Position numbers and translations under genes: made by a program. Source: Squalus acanthias (lineage: Eukaryota). Taken from it: a DNA stretch of 64,000 nucleotides. The stretch lies in contig CM059431.1 in the NCBI GenBank assembly GCA_030390025.1, forward strand, positions 143,284,001-143,348,000, written 5' to 3'. The notes beneath the pieces are model-generated. The model worked only from the letters and a program-made list of their open reading frames with translations. It was not told where the DNA came from and searched no databases. This document shows positions 13,610-25,771 of this stretch, in pieces. The number at the start of each line of letters is the position of its first letter. Positions within the stretch are counted from its first letter, which is position 1.

Positions 13610-14030
13610 TAACGGTGTTCCTCCTGTAGTTGTAGTACACCTACACCTCGAGTAGAGGTGACCGTGCTACTCCTGTACTCGTGGAACCCTACACTTAAAC
13701 TCGAGTTGACCGTGCTACTCCTCTACTGGTGGGGCCACTACACATACACTAGTGGAGAAAGTGCTCCTCCGGTGCTAGTGGCAATCTACAGTTACAGGAG
13801 ATTTGAACATCCTGCTCCGGCAATAGTGGGAGCCCTGCACTTAAATGAGTGGTGAACGTGGTCATCTGGTACAAGTGGTTCCATAAATTACACCAGTGGT
13901 GATCCTGCTTCTATGGTACTAGTGGTACCCCTACACATACATTAGATATGACCGTGCTCTTCTGGTAATAAGGTGCCTACAGTTACACCGGAGGTGACAA
14001 TGCTCGTCCGCTGCTATAGCTGATTCTATT
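13610..14030. repeat. Degenerate 48-bp minisatellite (~8-9 units)
   Basis: accgtgctactcct at 13661 and 13709, with further decayed copies of gtgaccgtgct...gtactagtgg...cctacac. Confidence 0.7.
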
Positions 14031-14159
14031 CTTGTTCGAGGCCCCACTCTTGTTGCAATGACGGTGACTCAACTACTGCAATAATGGCCATGACTCTACT
14101 TTTGCAGCTCTGGTGGAACACCTACTGCTGGGAGACAGGGACTGATCAGTTTTGCAGTA

Positions 14160-14592
14160 ATGAAAGACTTGCATTTATATAGCGCCTTTCACGACCAACG
14201 GACGTCCCAAAGCGCTTTACAAATGTACCTATTGAATTGTAGTTACTGTTGTAATGTAGGAAACGCGGCAGCCAATTTGCGCACAGAAAGCTCCCAGAAA
14301 CAGCAATGTGATAATGACCAGATAATGTTGATTGAGAGATAGATATTATCTAGGAAACCCTGTGAAACTCACCTGCTCTTCTTCGAAATAGCGCCATAGG
14401 ATCTTTTACGTCCACCTGAGAGAGCGGCTGGGGCCTCGGTTTAACGTCTCATCCGAAAGACGGCACTTCCGACACTCCCTCAATACTGCACTGGAGTGTC
14501 AGCCTAATTTTTTTGCGCGCAAGTCCTTGGTAATTGAACACACAGCCTTCTAACTCAGAGGCGAGGGTGCTACCAACTGAGCCACAGCTGAC
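14160..14592 (-). mobile_element. Deu-domain SINE (SacSINE1/AmnSINE-like), near full length
   Basis: Core gggcctcggtttaacgtctcatccgaaagacggcac, tRNA-like head near 14530-14590 and L2-type tail gacttgcatttatatagcgcc. Confidence 0.85.
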
Positions 14593-14704
14593 ACTGTATG
14601 AACCAAAGCTGGCACTCTATATGTGTTATATGTACTGCTGGGACACAGTACTAACAAGATTTGCAGCACCAGTGGTATACGTGCTGGGGTACACAAGTAA
14701 GAAA

Positions 14705-16530
14705 ATAAGAACATAAGAAATAGGAGCAGGAGTAAGCCCTTCGTAACCTCGAGCCTGCTCCGCCATTCAATTCGATAATGACTGTTCTTCTACCTCAACT
14801 CTAGCTTTCTGCCCTATCCCCATATCCCTTGATTCAATTACTATCCAAAAATCTATTGATCTTTGTCCTGAATATGCTCAGCGACTGAGCCTTCACAGCC
14901 CTCTGTGGTGGAAAATTGCGAAGATTCACCACACTTTCAGTGAAGAAATGTCTGCTGCTCTCAGTCCTAAATGGCCGACAGCTTATTCTAAGACAGAGAC
15001 GCTTAGTTCTGGATTCCCCAGCCAGCGGAAACATCCTCCCAGCATTTACCCTGAAAAGCGCTTTACGAATTAAATGCTTTTAAAAGTGATCACCACCCAT
15101 GCTTCTAAACTCTAGGGAATATAGGCCTGGTCTACATAATATCTCCTCACAGGACAACGCCCCATCCCAGGAATCAGTCTAGTAAACCTTCGTTGCACAC
15201 CCTCTAAGGCAAGTATATCATTCCTTTGATAAAGAGACCACAACTGAACACAGTACTCCAGGTGTGGTCTCACCAAGGCCCTATATAATTGCAGAAACAC
15301 TACTCTAATCTTATATTCCAATCCTTTTCTAATAAAGGCTGACATGTCATTTGCTTTCCTAATTGCTTTTATAAATGCAGGTTCACTTTTTGTGATTCTT
15401 GTACAAAGACTCCCAGGGCCATGTGAATGCCAATATTTCCCAATCTCTCACCATTTAAAAATATTCAATTTTTCTATGTTTTCCTACCAAACTGGATAAC
15501 TTCACATATCGCCACCTTAAATACCATCTGTCTTGCTCCTGCCCACTCACTTCACATGTCTCTATCCCTTTGCAGCCTCTGTGCCTCATCCACACAAGTT
15601 ACTTTTCCAACTAACTTTGTGTCATCAGGAAACCTGGATACATTACATTCAGTCCCCTCATCTAAGTCCTTAATGTAGATTGTAGTAAGCTGAGGAGCAA
15701 GCACTGATCCTTGTGGTACCCCACTAGTTACAGCCAGCCAACCCGATAATGACCCATTTATTCCTACTCTCTGTTTGCTGTCCTTTAACAAATGCTCAAT
15801 CCATGCTAATATATTACCCCAACCCATGAGCCCAAATCTTTTGTAATAACCTCTTGTGCGGCATCTTGTCGAATGCTTTCTTTAAAGCCAAATAAATTAC
15901 ATCCACTGGTTCCCCTTTATCTACCCTGTTAGTTACAACTTCAAAAAATTCTATTAGATTTGTCAAACAAGTTTTTCCTTTCATTAATCCATGTTGACTC
16001 TGCCCCATCATAATATGATTTTCGAAGTTGCTACGCCCCTAATAACAGATTCCAGCATTTTCACAACTATTGATGTCAGGCTAAAACTGGCCTATAGTTC
16101 ACTGTTTTCTCTCTCCACGCTTTCTTGAATGGCCGGATTACCTGTGAGATCGTCCAATCCGCGGGGTCCATTTTAGAATCTAGGGAATTTTGGAAGATCA
16201 CAACCAATGCATCAACTATCTCTGCAGACACCACTTTGAAAACTCTAGGATGCAGGCCATCAGGTCCAGGGGATTTGCTCGCTTTTAGTCCCATTAATAT
16301 CTCAATTACTATTTCTTTACGAACACTAATTTCATTGCATTCCTCATTCTCATGAGACCCGTGGTTCCCCATTATTTTCGGAATTTTGTTTTTGTCTTCA
16401 TCCATGAAGACAGATAGAAAGTATTTGTTTAATGTCTCTGCCATTTCCTTATTCCCATGATAATTTCCCCTGTCTCTGCCTGTCAGGGACCAACGTTTAC
16501 TTTCGCTAATCTCTTCCATTTACATACCTA
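14705..16530 (-). mobile_element. CR1 LINE, 5'-truncated, degraded RT
   Basis: [46 protein letters not shown], followed by a 3' UTR. Confidence 0.92.
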
Positions 16531-16784
16531 TATAATGTTGACAATCTGTTGTTATATATTTGCAGGTTTATTTCAGTACATGAATGCACGTAGCATAAGA
16601 TATAATTTAGAATCACAAATTCAGCTTAAAAGCTATGATGTATTAGTCATTGCTGAGACGTCGTTACAAACGTAGAGTTAATGAACAGCAAAGCATGAAA
16701 AACTCTGGTGTGAGTTGTATGCAGGGCTCTTGATAATAGTGATGTCATGGGATGTAAAAGCGGGGAGATCAGGGAAGTATGTTT

Positions 16785-19062
16785 GTGTGTGTGTGCGAGG
16801 CCGTTGTAGCAGAGCCTGGTCTCCAATCGTTTTGGTTCCCCTTTGCATTGGACCAAGACCTTGCTCTGTCAAGCCCGTGTGGTAGTTGGTGTGCAACGGC
16901 CACCCCACGTTAGAAGAATTCACGCACAGGCATCTTTCACCCTTTAAAATGAAGTTCGGGACCTGGAAAGTCAGAACCCTCATGTACAACCCCATGAGTG
17001 ACAGACAGTAATACCGTACTGCTACCATTGCCCGAGAGCTCAGACTTTTCGACATTGACATCGCCACAATAAATGAAGGTCTGCTCAAGGAGCAAGGCGG
17101 TGGCTACACTTTCTTCTGGAAAGGCAATCTTGAAGAAGAACGCCGCCTCCATGGGGTAGGCTTCACCATAAAAAATGAACTATTTGGGCGCCTCAGAGAC
17201 TCTCCTCGCGGTATGAACGAGCGCCTCATGACTCTTCGGCTCACCCTAGCCCTGAACCAGTGCACTACCGTCATCAGTGAGTACACCCCAACACTGGAAG
17301 ACACAGACGAGACCAAAGAGGAATTCTACTCCAACCTTGAACAATCCCTGTCCCGAGTCCCAACGGGTGACAAGCTGAACCTCCTTGGCGAATTTAATGC
17401 CGGAGTTGGATAGGACACAGACCTCTGGGGAGGTGTGATCGGCAGAGAGCGGGTAGGGAAAGCCAACTCCAACGGTACGCTCCTCCTGTCGAAATGCTTA
17501 AAACATGGCCTTGTCATAACCAACACCTTGTTCCATCAGAGAGACAAGTAGAGGGCTTCATGGCAGAACCCTCGCTCCAAGCACTGCCATCTGCTGGGCT
17601 ACGTCATCGTCTGAGCGAGGGACCGCAAGGACGTATGCGTCACCTGTGCCATGACAGGATCTGACGACTGCTGGACAGACCACCGCCTAATCCATTCTGT
17701 GATCTCCATCAATGTAGCCCCAAAATAGCGGTGGCAACAGAAACAATGCCGCAGGAAAATCAACGCTGGAGCACGCAAAGACCCTGCTAAGAAAGCTCTA
17801 TTCAGCCTGTGCCTCACAAACAACCTAACGACTCCCAGTGATGCAGAGAAACAGAGTGTCCACAGCACCTGGTCTGCACAAGAGGCCTCCATAATCAACA
17901 CCTGTGAAGAGACGCTCGGTCACTCGAACAGGAAACAACAAGACTGGTTTGATGAGAATGACCAGGAGATCCAGGAGCTAATAAGCTGCAAGCGCAAGGC
18001 ATTCCTGATCTGGAATCAGAACAGAACTCGAGAACAAGAAAACAGCTCTACAGAGGCCAGAAAGCCGAGGTCCAACAAAAAACTCGCGACCTAAAGAACA
18101 GATGGTGTGTGTGTGCGAGGCCGTTGTAGCAGAGCCTGGTCTCCAATCGTCTTGGTTCCCCTTTCCATTGGACCAAGACCTTGCTCTGTCAAGCCCGTGT
18201 GGTAGATGGTGTGCAACGGCCACCCCACGTTAGAAGAATTCACGCACAGGCATCTTTCACCCTTTAAAATGAAGTTCGGGACCTGGAAAGTCAGAACCCT
18301 CATGTACAACCGCATGAGTGACAGACAGTAATGCCGTAATGCTACCATTGCCCGAGAGCTCAGACTTTTCGGCATTGACATCGCCACAATAAATGAAGGC
18401 CTGCTCAAGGAGCAAGGCGGTGGCTACAATTTCTTCTGGAAAGGCAATCTTGAAGAAGAACGCCGCCGCCATGGGGTAGGCTTCACCATAAAAGAGAAAT
18501 TGGAGGAGATCCAGCAGCTAGCCGGGAACAACGATGTGCGTGGATTCTTTAGTGCACTCAAGACCATCTACGACCCAAGCACCCAAGGTCCTACACCACT
18601 GCTGGCCAAGAACGAAGAGGTACTCATCAAGGTCAGAGAGGCAGTCAGTGCCCGCTGGAAGGATTACTTCGAAGATCACCTGAACCAAGACTCTGTTTTC
18701 GACGCAAGTGTCCTCAACTCCATCCCGCAGCATGCTACCCGCCACCATCTCAGCACAACCCCAGCCCGGCATGAGGTTGAAAAGGCCATCCGACAACTGA
18801 AGAACAAGAAGGTCTCAGGAACAGATGGAATCCCTGCCGAGGCACTAAAGCATGGCGGAGAAGCACTACTGGTGCGAATTCATGAACTAATTTCTCTTAT
18901 CTGGAAGGAGGAGAGCATGCCAGGCGATCTCAGAGACTTCGTAATTGTTACCATCTTCAAGAAAGGTGAAAAGTCCGATTGTGGTAATTACAGAGGGCTT
19001 TCCCTGCTGTCTGCCACAGGGAAAGTCATCGGAAGAATCCTTCTCAATCGCCTTCTCCCAGT
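16785..19062 (+). mobile_element. RTE-clade LINE (APE + start of RT), cut off by an LTR
   Basis: MKFGTWKVRTL at 16949, YTPTLE, LLGEFNAGVG, GTDGIPAE and KKGEKSDCGNYRGLSLLS. Ends abruptly at the TGTTA of the LTR at 19063. Confidence 0.9.
18105..18493 (+). repeat. 389-bp duplicate of the RTE 5' end (16785-17173)
   Basis: About 10 substitutions between copies by manual count; both copies share an in-frame TAA. Confidence 0.95.
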
Positions 19063-20631
19063 TGTTAGAAGTAGCTGTTAGTTTCATAGATGGATTTTAA
19101 CCCTTAGAACAGAGACTGACAAACATGCAGCTGGGAACAGATAGCAAAAATGCGAGCAAGGTCGAATGTCAAGCATCAAAAGAAAAATAGAAGTGATAAG
19201 GGAATCGTAAAATGCAAAACAACGCAGGGTGGTGGGATAATAGACAAAAATGAAGCCGAAAAGTCATACAATGTCCTTAAAGAAACATAACAAAACATGC
19301 CTCAGAAAGATAAGACGGAGGCCTTGTCAGTCATGCCGAAAGGGACGGTGCGGGATGCTTTCCCGCTTCACAATTGGACAATAGGATGGGGGATCAAATG
19401 ATTGACACCAGGTGATTACCATCCCACCGAAATAACTATAAATATAGACCATCGAGAGATGGCTACGGACTAATACTTTGGTCAAGTTTAGCCTCTGAGT
19501 TGGCCTAACACCTCCAACAGCTTGAGAGGTGACCCAATGGAAGTGACCACTGCAGCAGACTGCAGGAATCCACCCAATCCAAGACCACCGTACTGCCTCC
19601 CCGTGCGTCCGGTCGTGTCATTCCGATTCGGGAGTCGTAGATCGCTCTCTACTGTCATGGGTTGTATGACTGTTATACTCAGCTTAAACCATATGTAACA
19701 TCTGGTTATGCTTTAAAACTGTAGCTCTTTAATAAAAGCCTTGCAACTGCTAAAACCCTTTGTGAAATCTGTGTTGGATTCGAATTTGGAGAAACCCCAG
19801 ACGGAGGCGGAATTGAGGACAAGTTCAAAATTTATTACAATAACCAAAAGACTTGTGCACAAGGATGAGCCACTCAGCTTCCTCAAGCTAGGGGTGCACT
19901 CTCGAGGGACAAGTAGCGGTTCATTCAAGTTATAGAATTCTATAAGCAACGCCCACCTACTACAGAATGTGGACGTACACGTACAAACAGTGACACAACA
20001 GTTACTCTTTATTGGCTTATGTGGTTAGTCACTCAACTGTCGGGCCCTCCCCTTAAACTCGGATACCCTCTGACCATGCCAGTCACAGATGTTGGTTGTC
20101 TCATCCTACTCACCACATTCCTGCTTTTATCTCTTCCCCGTTGTCGGCATAGTTTATAGTTTGAGAAAATATGTTTTATCCTTAACTGTCGAACAAGCAG
20201 GATGGCTACAAGGCCGCAGTAATTCGTGTACCCTGTGACTGGAACAATGTTGGTTGTTAATTGTACCCTTATTTCCTGGGAGGACAGGCCGTGTTTAGAC
20301 AATGGCTTTACTGAGGCTGTGAATACACACATTCCGAAGTTTGATAAGTTAAGTGGCGTCTTGCAGTCTGCAAATGTGCTTCTGTCAGCTAAACACAATC
20401 TATGGGTAAATAGAGGGTTAACATAGTCAAGTATCCCAGAATTCATTGGGAACAAGCTGGACCTTTCAGTTCCCCCTTCCAACTCCTGGAAAGGACCCTT
20501 AAAGCGGGGTTGGGGAGTGTGCTCTCTACGCTACGATAAGTGTGATAAGCTGGTGGGTTTATAGTATGTCAGAAACGCATATAGGTTTGCCCAGATCAAA
20601 CAGCACGAATGATGAAGGTTTTCCTGTAACC
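19063..20631 (-). repeat. 3' LTR of element 2 (interrupted by a solo LTR)
   Basis: TGTTA...TAAC(C) termini, minus-strand AATAAA at ~20008 and TATAAA at ~20558, next to the PPT. Confidence 0.7.
19076..19911 (+). mobile_element. Solo LTR (836 bp)
   Basis: TG...CA termini flanked by the 6-bp direct repeat AGTAGC (19070-19075 / 19912-19917). TATAAA at 19437 and AATAAA at 19731. Confidence 0.8.
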
Positions 20632-20823
20632 CCCTCCCCCCAATTTGTTCTATACTTCCCCCCACCCCCCTAGGCCTTTGCCTATTCTAGGTAGGCCGCA
20701 CAATTGTTGCATATGGTCTAGTGTGAATCCTATCGGGGTGGCCACCCGTTGAGGCACCAGGTATGCATCAGATGAGAAAAGTTAATATTTAGGCATTCCC
20801 TGATTCATTATACGATTGCTTCA

Positions 20824-22887
20824 TTATTCATACACTTGGTTTTTCCAACAAGTTGTTAAAGTCATCATCTGAAACGCTTGGAGTAGGGGCAGTATAAGCA
20901 TTAGCAGTTTTAACCATTGTTTTGCAATTTGTTTCGCCCGAGTCCATTTATATTTCCTGCATGTCATACATAACAAGGTCAGGACAACTATTAACTGCAC
21001 CACGACTAATACATGTGAAATCAATCGGATCCATGGATGGATCTGTATATTTAGTCCCCAGACCCAAATGCCATCCACCCATGTGGTCACCTTGATCGCG
21101 TCGATATCTTTCTTTAAATCCGTGTTCCGTTGTTGCAGAGTATAGTACACCTCTTGGGAGAGCCGTATCTCCTTCCGCAACTGCCTCAGGTGTTCGGGCA
21201 GTGGGGGTATCGGATACCCAAAGGTGTTGATGAAGTTCCATAATCCATACTTGATGTCTTCAGACACTTGAAGAGAGTTAATATTAAACTGGTGTATGTT
21301 CACCAACTCCTCGTGTCAAATCCGTACCGGAACTGCTGGTGTGAAGCAGAACTCTGGACTGGGGATGTCGCAAAAGTCTTCAAGTTGGTCATTACACAGT
21401 ATTCGCCTTTGCCGGCATATGCCACCTGGGTGGGCTTTGAGGCTGCGTCCAATGCCTCCATGGTGCAGTTAATTTCCATGCCTGTGTTGTTGAAACCACA
21501 TTGGGCTTGCGGGTTTTGGCTGATTGCATGCGGACACAGGATGATGGCATGTCTGGTGACACATCCCTCCAGCTTGGTACCCATCCGGTTTCCTTTCACC
21601 ATCACTGCGTAAGGTAACATATTGTGGTAAGATATATGCATGCCATCTTTTAGTATACAAATATTTTGTATCTGATATACCTCCCACCCTTGTTTCTCCG
21701 GTGTCATCACCGGGACGACCAAAACTAAACCCAGGACCCCTCCCCTCCCCCCCCCCCCCCGGTCTGGTTGGATTTGACCTACGTGGTGTATACCCGTACC
21801 ATGGCTCGGAATTGACAAACTGTAATATTGAGGCTACTCAAGAGACGTTTGAGCACACCCACCCCAGCATGTAGCTAGTCAGGGGCCCTTTCAACTGTTG
21901 GTTGGTAATCCACAGCGGTACCTCCCCTGCCTGTATCTGTTCCAGGTTTTCTCGGGTTTGCTCCACTATCCAATTCCCATATGTGCTGCAAACGTCGTTT
22001 GCTGCTGCCTGCTGTGAGGCATTGTATTCTTTTTTAATTAACTTTTTATAGCCTGCATGTGTGTTTCTAATACAGTAGCTATATCCTGGAGGTGTACGGT
22101 TAATATCTGGTCCTCCTTTAACTCTTGGCCCTCATTCTTATTCTGCTCTTGTAAGATGGCTTTAATGTGGGAACCCAGATCCCAGACCTTCTGATCTATG
22201 GTAGCCAGATCAATGGTGTTAACGGCCGATGTGCTGGTGTTAGAGACCGTCGCTGCATCATTAACTAAAGACCTCTTACGTCGCCATGCCCGCCGGCTTC
22301 CCTGTCTATATCTGCCTCCGCTATGATCCGCGCCTTGTTTCAATACCTGTGTTAGAAGGCGCTGGTATAACTGTTGGGTTTGTGGTGAACACCAAGCAGG
22401 CAGGGCGGTGTTGGCCAGGTTCAGCACCACTGACACTAATTCATGACGCACGTTATCATACAATATATCCCCAGTACGGATGAACACCAGCCCACTAGCA
22501 GGTCAGTGGCTCCCGCTCTGGGGAGGATTGTGTCATGGAAACCACTGGGGGCGGGGGTGTGAGGGAGGTTGTGCACCCCAGTAGCAGTGAATCACAAGTG
22601 GTAGCCCGGGCTCCTCGTATTGTTCTGTAATCCCGAAAGCTTGACATCTCTCTAGGGTAGGCGTACATAAGGGTTTCCCAACGCCCCGCATTATTCTGGC
22701 AAAATATCCTGTCCTTTCTTCCTGTGATTTTACTGGTACAGACCCCCTTGTGTGTTTTGTATGGACCAGTGTTCATCTCACAGAAAAAGGGGGCTCCCGG
22801 CCGGTCGACGCACGACCCCAGCGCTGTGGTGGGTGTTGTTTGTTCGCCGAACAGTAACCCCATCATTCCCATGATAAGCCACCCCAT
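20824..22887 (-). pseudogene. Envelope glycoprotein, F-like class I fusion protein, frameshifted
   Basis: Signal peptide MGWLIMGMMGLLFG, furin site RRKR (22272-22283), heptad region, LEQIQAGEVPLWI, Cys-rich GCVTRHAIILC...CGFN...NCT...GEYCV, WxxGLN...HPW, and TM ISHVLVVVQLIVVLTLL. Confidence 0.85.
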
Positions 22888-23223
22888 CGTTACACTATAC
22901 CACCGCTAGGCATAAAGAGTCCAGTTTGTTGAGCAGTCTCGGCACTAGCTTGTGGTAACTAGCATGCTCTCTCTCTCTCTCTCTCCCTCTGACCCCCTGT
23001 CTGTCACCAGCCCCCTTTCGGTCTGTCCTGCTATTAGCCGTGTGCGCAAGGCTTGAAGCAGGGTTGAGGCTACTTCATAAATGGCGTTGAGGCGGAGGCT
23101 GTGGCCTTGTGACAGTGGCTCAATGTAACTTACCTGACTTATCGTAATTCAGTGAGGGTTAGTAGCCGTCGGACGGCAATGTGTGAAGACAGGTTGCAGT
23201 GTCCTCCTTCGGAGGTAGGAGGG

Positions 23224-23562
23224 TCAATAAAAGGGGGTGGATATCCCCTGGGGTAGGTCCTCCAGTCCCGACACCAGCGGTTCCCAAAGAGCAGCTGTGT
23301 CTCGGAACCGGTCTATCTCCTCTGCGCGGGGTAGGGTGAATAAAAAATTCTGAGTTTTGTTGGGATGTAGAGCGAGGGGTCCTGTAGCCCTGCCACAAAA
23401 GGGAGACAATCGGAACTCTAGAGTCAAGGGGTGAGTTCCGGGGAAGGTCAGAGTGGTATAGTAATGAGAGTTCGCAGGATCCCTGGTTAAGTCGAAAAAC
23501 TGGACCGCCGAAAGGTCGACATCCCCGGAAGTGGTGGCAGCACTGAGGTCGGGCCCGCTCAT
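23224..23562 (-). CDS. Putative accessory ORF (112 aa, MSGPDLSAATT...) between pol remnant and env
   Basis: The ATG directly follows a strong acceptor cctgtctctttcttacag. No homology recognised. Confidence 0.45.
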   Translation of the reverse strand: MSGPDLSAATTSGDVDLSAVQFFDLTRDPANSHYYTTLTFPGTHPLTLEFRLSPFCGRATGPLALHPNKTQNFLFTLPRAEEIDRFRDTAALWEPLVSGLEDLPQGISTPFY

Positions 23563-23736
23563 CTGTAAGAAAGAGACAGGCAAAATAGCGCCCCGAAGAA
23601 TCAACTTAGTCCTTCGAAATCCGGTCCTGAGCAAATATAGGGGAGAAAAGGCAGGTCAATACTCGTTATTATTTCCTTTTAATCATAAGGTCCCCAAGAG
23701 ATGGGGAAATCTCTTCCCCGGGCCACATCACCGGCT

Positions 23737-24850
23737 TCATCTGGCTCCAGTGTCTCCATCTGGTTTCCACACTGGCCATACTGGGGAGTTGGTACGGGAG
23801 CGGGTCTTTGTCACTATACCGGTTTCGAATAAGTCCACTACTATGGACTCAATGGCCTGTTGAGCTTCTGATCGGAGTGGGTATTGTCGGTGGGCCTCGT
23901 GGTAGGAACCGTGGACCCTAACTGGGACCCTCTCCGCTCTACCACAGTCTAATTTGTGGGTGGCCCATGCAAGAGGGAAAGCCTCGCAAACTCTCCCCCA
24001 TGGTCCTTCCTCCGCCCATGTGCGCTTAACCGGACGGAGGGCTTTTACTCTGCATTGTCGGGCTTTATATTCCTGGAAGGGAAATCTCCCCCCTTCGGGC
24101 CCCTCTACTTCCAATAGATGATCACTTAGGAGCAAATTTGCCTCTATCTGATGGAGAATATCCATACCTAAGAGCAGCTCCTCACTGTTGGGACCTACCC
24201 ACAGGGTGACCCACCAGGTATGACCTCCTGGGGGCTGGCCCTCATTCGGAGGGCGGTTTGGTAGGGCCTTTCCAGTCCCCGGAGTAGACAATCTATAAAC
24301 CGTGGGTCGTCGTGATTAGCGGGAATGTCATTCGTCTGGCCCCAATGTTCATACTGCTCGATTACTCGATCAATGTACACATTGGGGTTTTCTCCGGGAC
24401 TCTGGCGCAGGGCGGTGAGCCCCGTCCAGGTAGCGGTGCCGTTGTCCAGTCCGGTCTGAACCCAAGTTTTCAAACTTCGAATTGGATCTCATACTCCGCT
24501 ATCGTGGCTGGGGCATTTAGGACATGGTGTCCCAAAGCCCCATAAACCATAGAGGGACATTTCACCTCGATAATATATTTTACGTCTTGTATGGACAAAT
24601 TAAAGTGCTGAGCAGCACTTCTTATTCATGCCCATACTTCGACGTTAGAATTGTGTCTTTTGAGATCGGGAATGAGGAGGATGACGCTGGATCTCTCCTG
24701 GGGCGTAAAAGACTGTGCCTCGCCCATCGTACCCAGTCCACCTATATCTGGGTTTTGGGATCTTACCACCTGATTAACTCGGATGGGGGCCATGGGGTTG
24801 CATTTTTCGTAGCCAAGACTGAAGAGGTGCAGTGGATTAGATACGAGCGT
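23737..24850 (-). pseudogene. gag (capsid), protease C-half and RT N-terminus, with internal deletions
   Basis: TPWPPSEL (~24780-24800), MHR-like motif, GMDIL, QYPL and NSPVWPV. No DTG, no YxDD, and no RNase H or integrase core seen. Confidence 0.8.
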
Positions 24851-25174
24851 ATTCGGGGGGGTGGAGCATGTAGGTTGGGTATCCTCGACTCATTGAACCT
24901 CTACGGCCCCCGATGGGGGCCCGGGTATAAGATTGGCGTGTCTCGAGTCTCTTTTTGTAGAGACACGACAATGTCACCCCAGCTTTTTAAGTCGTCTAGA
25001 TTCTCAGAATCTGGTGGCTTGAGGTGCAGGAGACTACTGACTTGGACTTTCGCATCCTGCACGGGTCGAAAAAATTCTTGTAACGGGGCCGGTCTCCCCG
25101 CCCCCCCCCCCCTTGTCCACGATTATGGGGCCCATCTGATCCATCCAACTAGCACACAAAACCGCCCCGTACTT

Positions 25175-25318
25175 GGGAGTTTGCTGAGCGCAAATTGGCT
25201 GCCGCGTTTCATACCTTACAACCGTAACTATACTTCAAAAGTACTTCATTGGCTGGAAAGAGCTTTGGGACGACTGATCGTCAAGAAAGGAGCTATATAA
25301 ATGCAAGTCTTTCTTTAT
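25175..25318 (+). mobile_element. Deu-SINE/L2 3' tail
   Basis: gcgcaaattggctgccgcgtttc...gctatataaatgcaagtctttcttt is the reverse complement of the tail at 14160. Confidence 0.8.
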
Positions 25319-25536
25319 AATCGTTAAACCTGGATATGTACTTTATTAAAAAGATGGAAACACATGGATTTGAGTGGAACGTGGCGGTATGGATACAAAA
25401 TTGGCTCAGTGACAGAAAGCAAATTGTGATAGTGGATGGATGTTTTCTTTAATTTTTCACAATAAACAGAAACTTGCTATGCCGTCTGTCTCAATAGTTC
25501 CCCAGTGTCAGGGAGAGAAGCGCTATTTATTTACTG

Positions 25537-25771
25537 TGTTGCGGCTGCCACGAAACATGAATTAAGGCCGAGTCCATGTGCGAAACACAAAAGCTTTTTA
25601 ATACATCTCTGCTAAGATGGCTGCTAACACACCAGACTCTGGAAGGTTCTGAGGCCACGCCCACTCCTTTTCTCCTGCCTTAAAGGCAAGGTGCCTTAAA
25701 GGCAAGGTGCCCGATTTATTGTCCACGGACGGAAAAGTGGCTTGCGCCCGTTTAGGTGGCGATCCGCCACA
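25537..25771 (-). repeat. Gypsy 3' LTR (235 bp)
   Basis: Terminal inverted repeats tgttgcgg / ccgccaca, followed by ctcccccc (PPT on the minus strand). Internal 15-bp tandem duplication cttaaaggcaaggtg. Confidence 0.8.

Larger units (their letters stand above)
19063..25170 (-). mobile_element. Endogenous retrovirus-like element 2 (gag, partial pro-RT, accessory ORF, env, 3' LTR); 5' LTR missing
   Basis: Capsid MHR-like RQSPGENPNVYIDRV, PR C-half LLLGMDIL, RT start RQYPL...NSPVWPVWKPDG, env with RRKR and a TM helix, PPT cccctcccccc at ~20631-20641. Confidence 0.9.

Noticed and set aside
24524..25300. 258-aa plus-strand ORF
   Set aside because: It is antisense to gag and runs into a SINE tail; no recognisable motifs.
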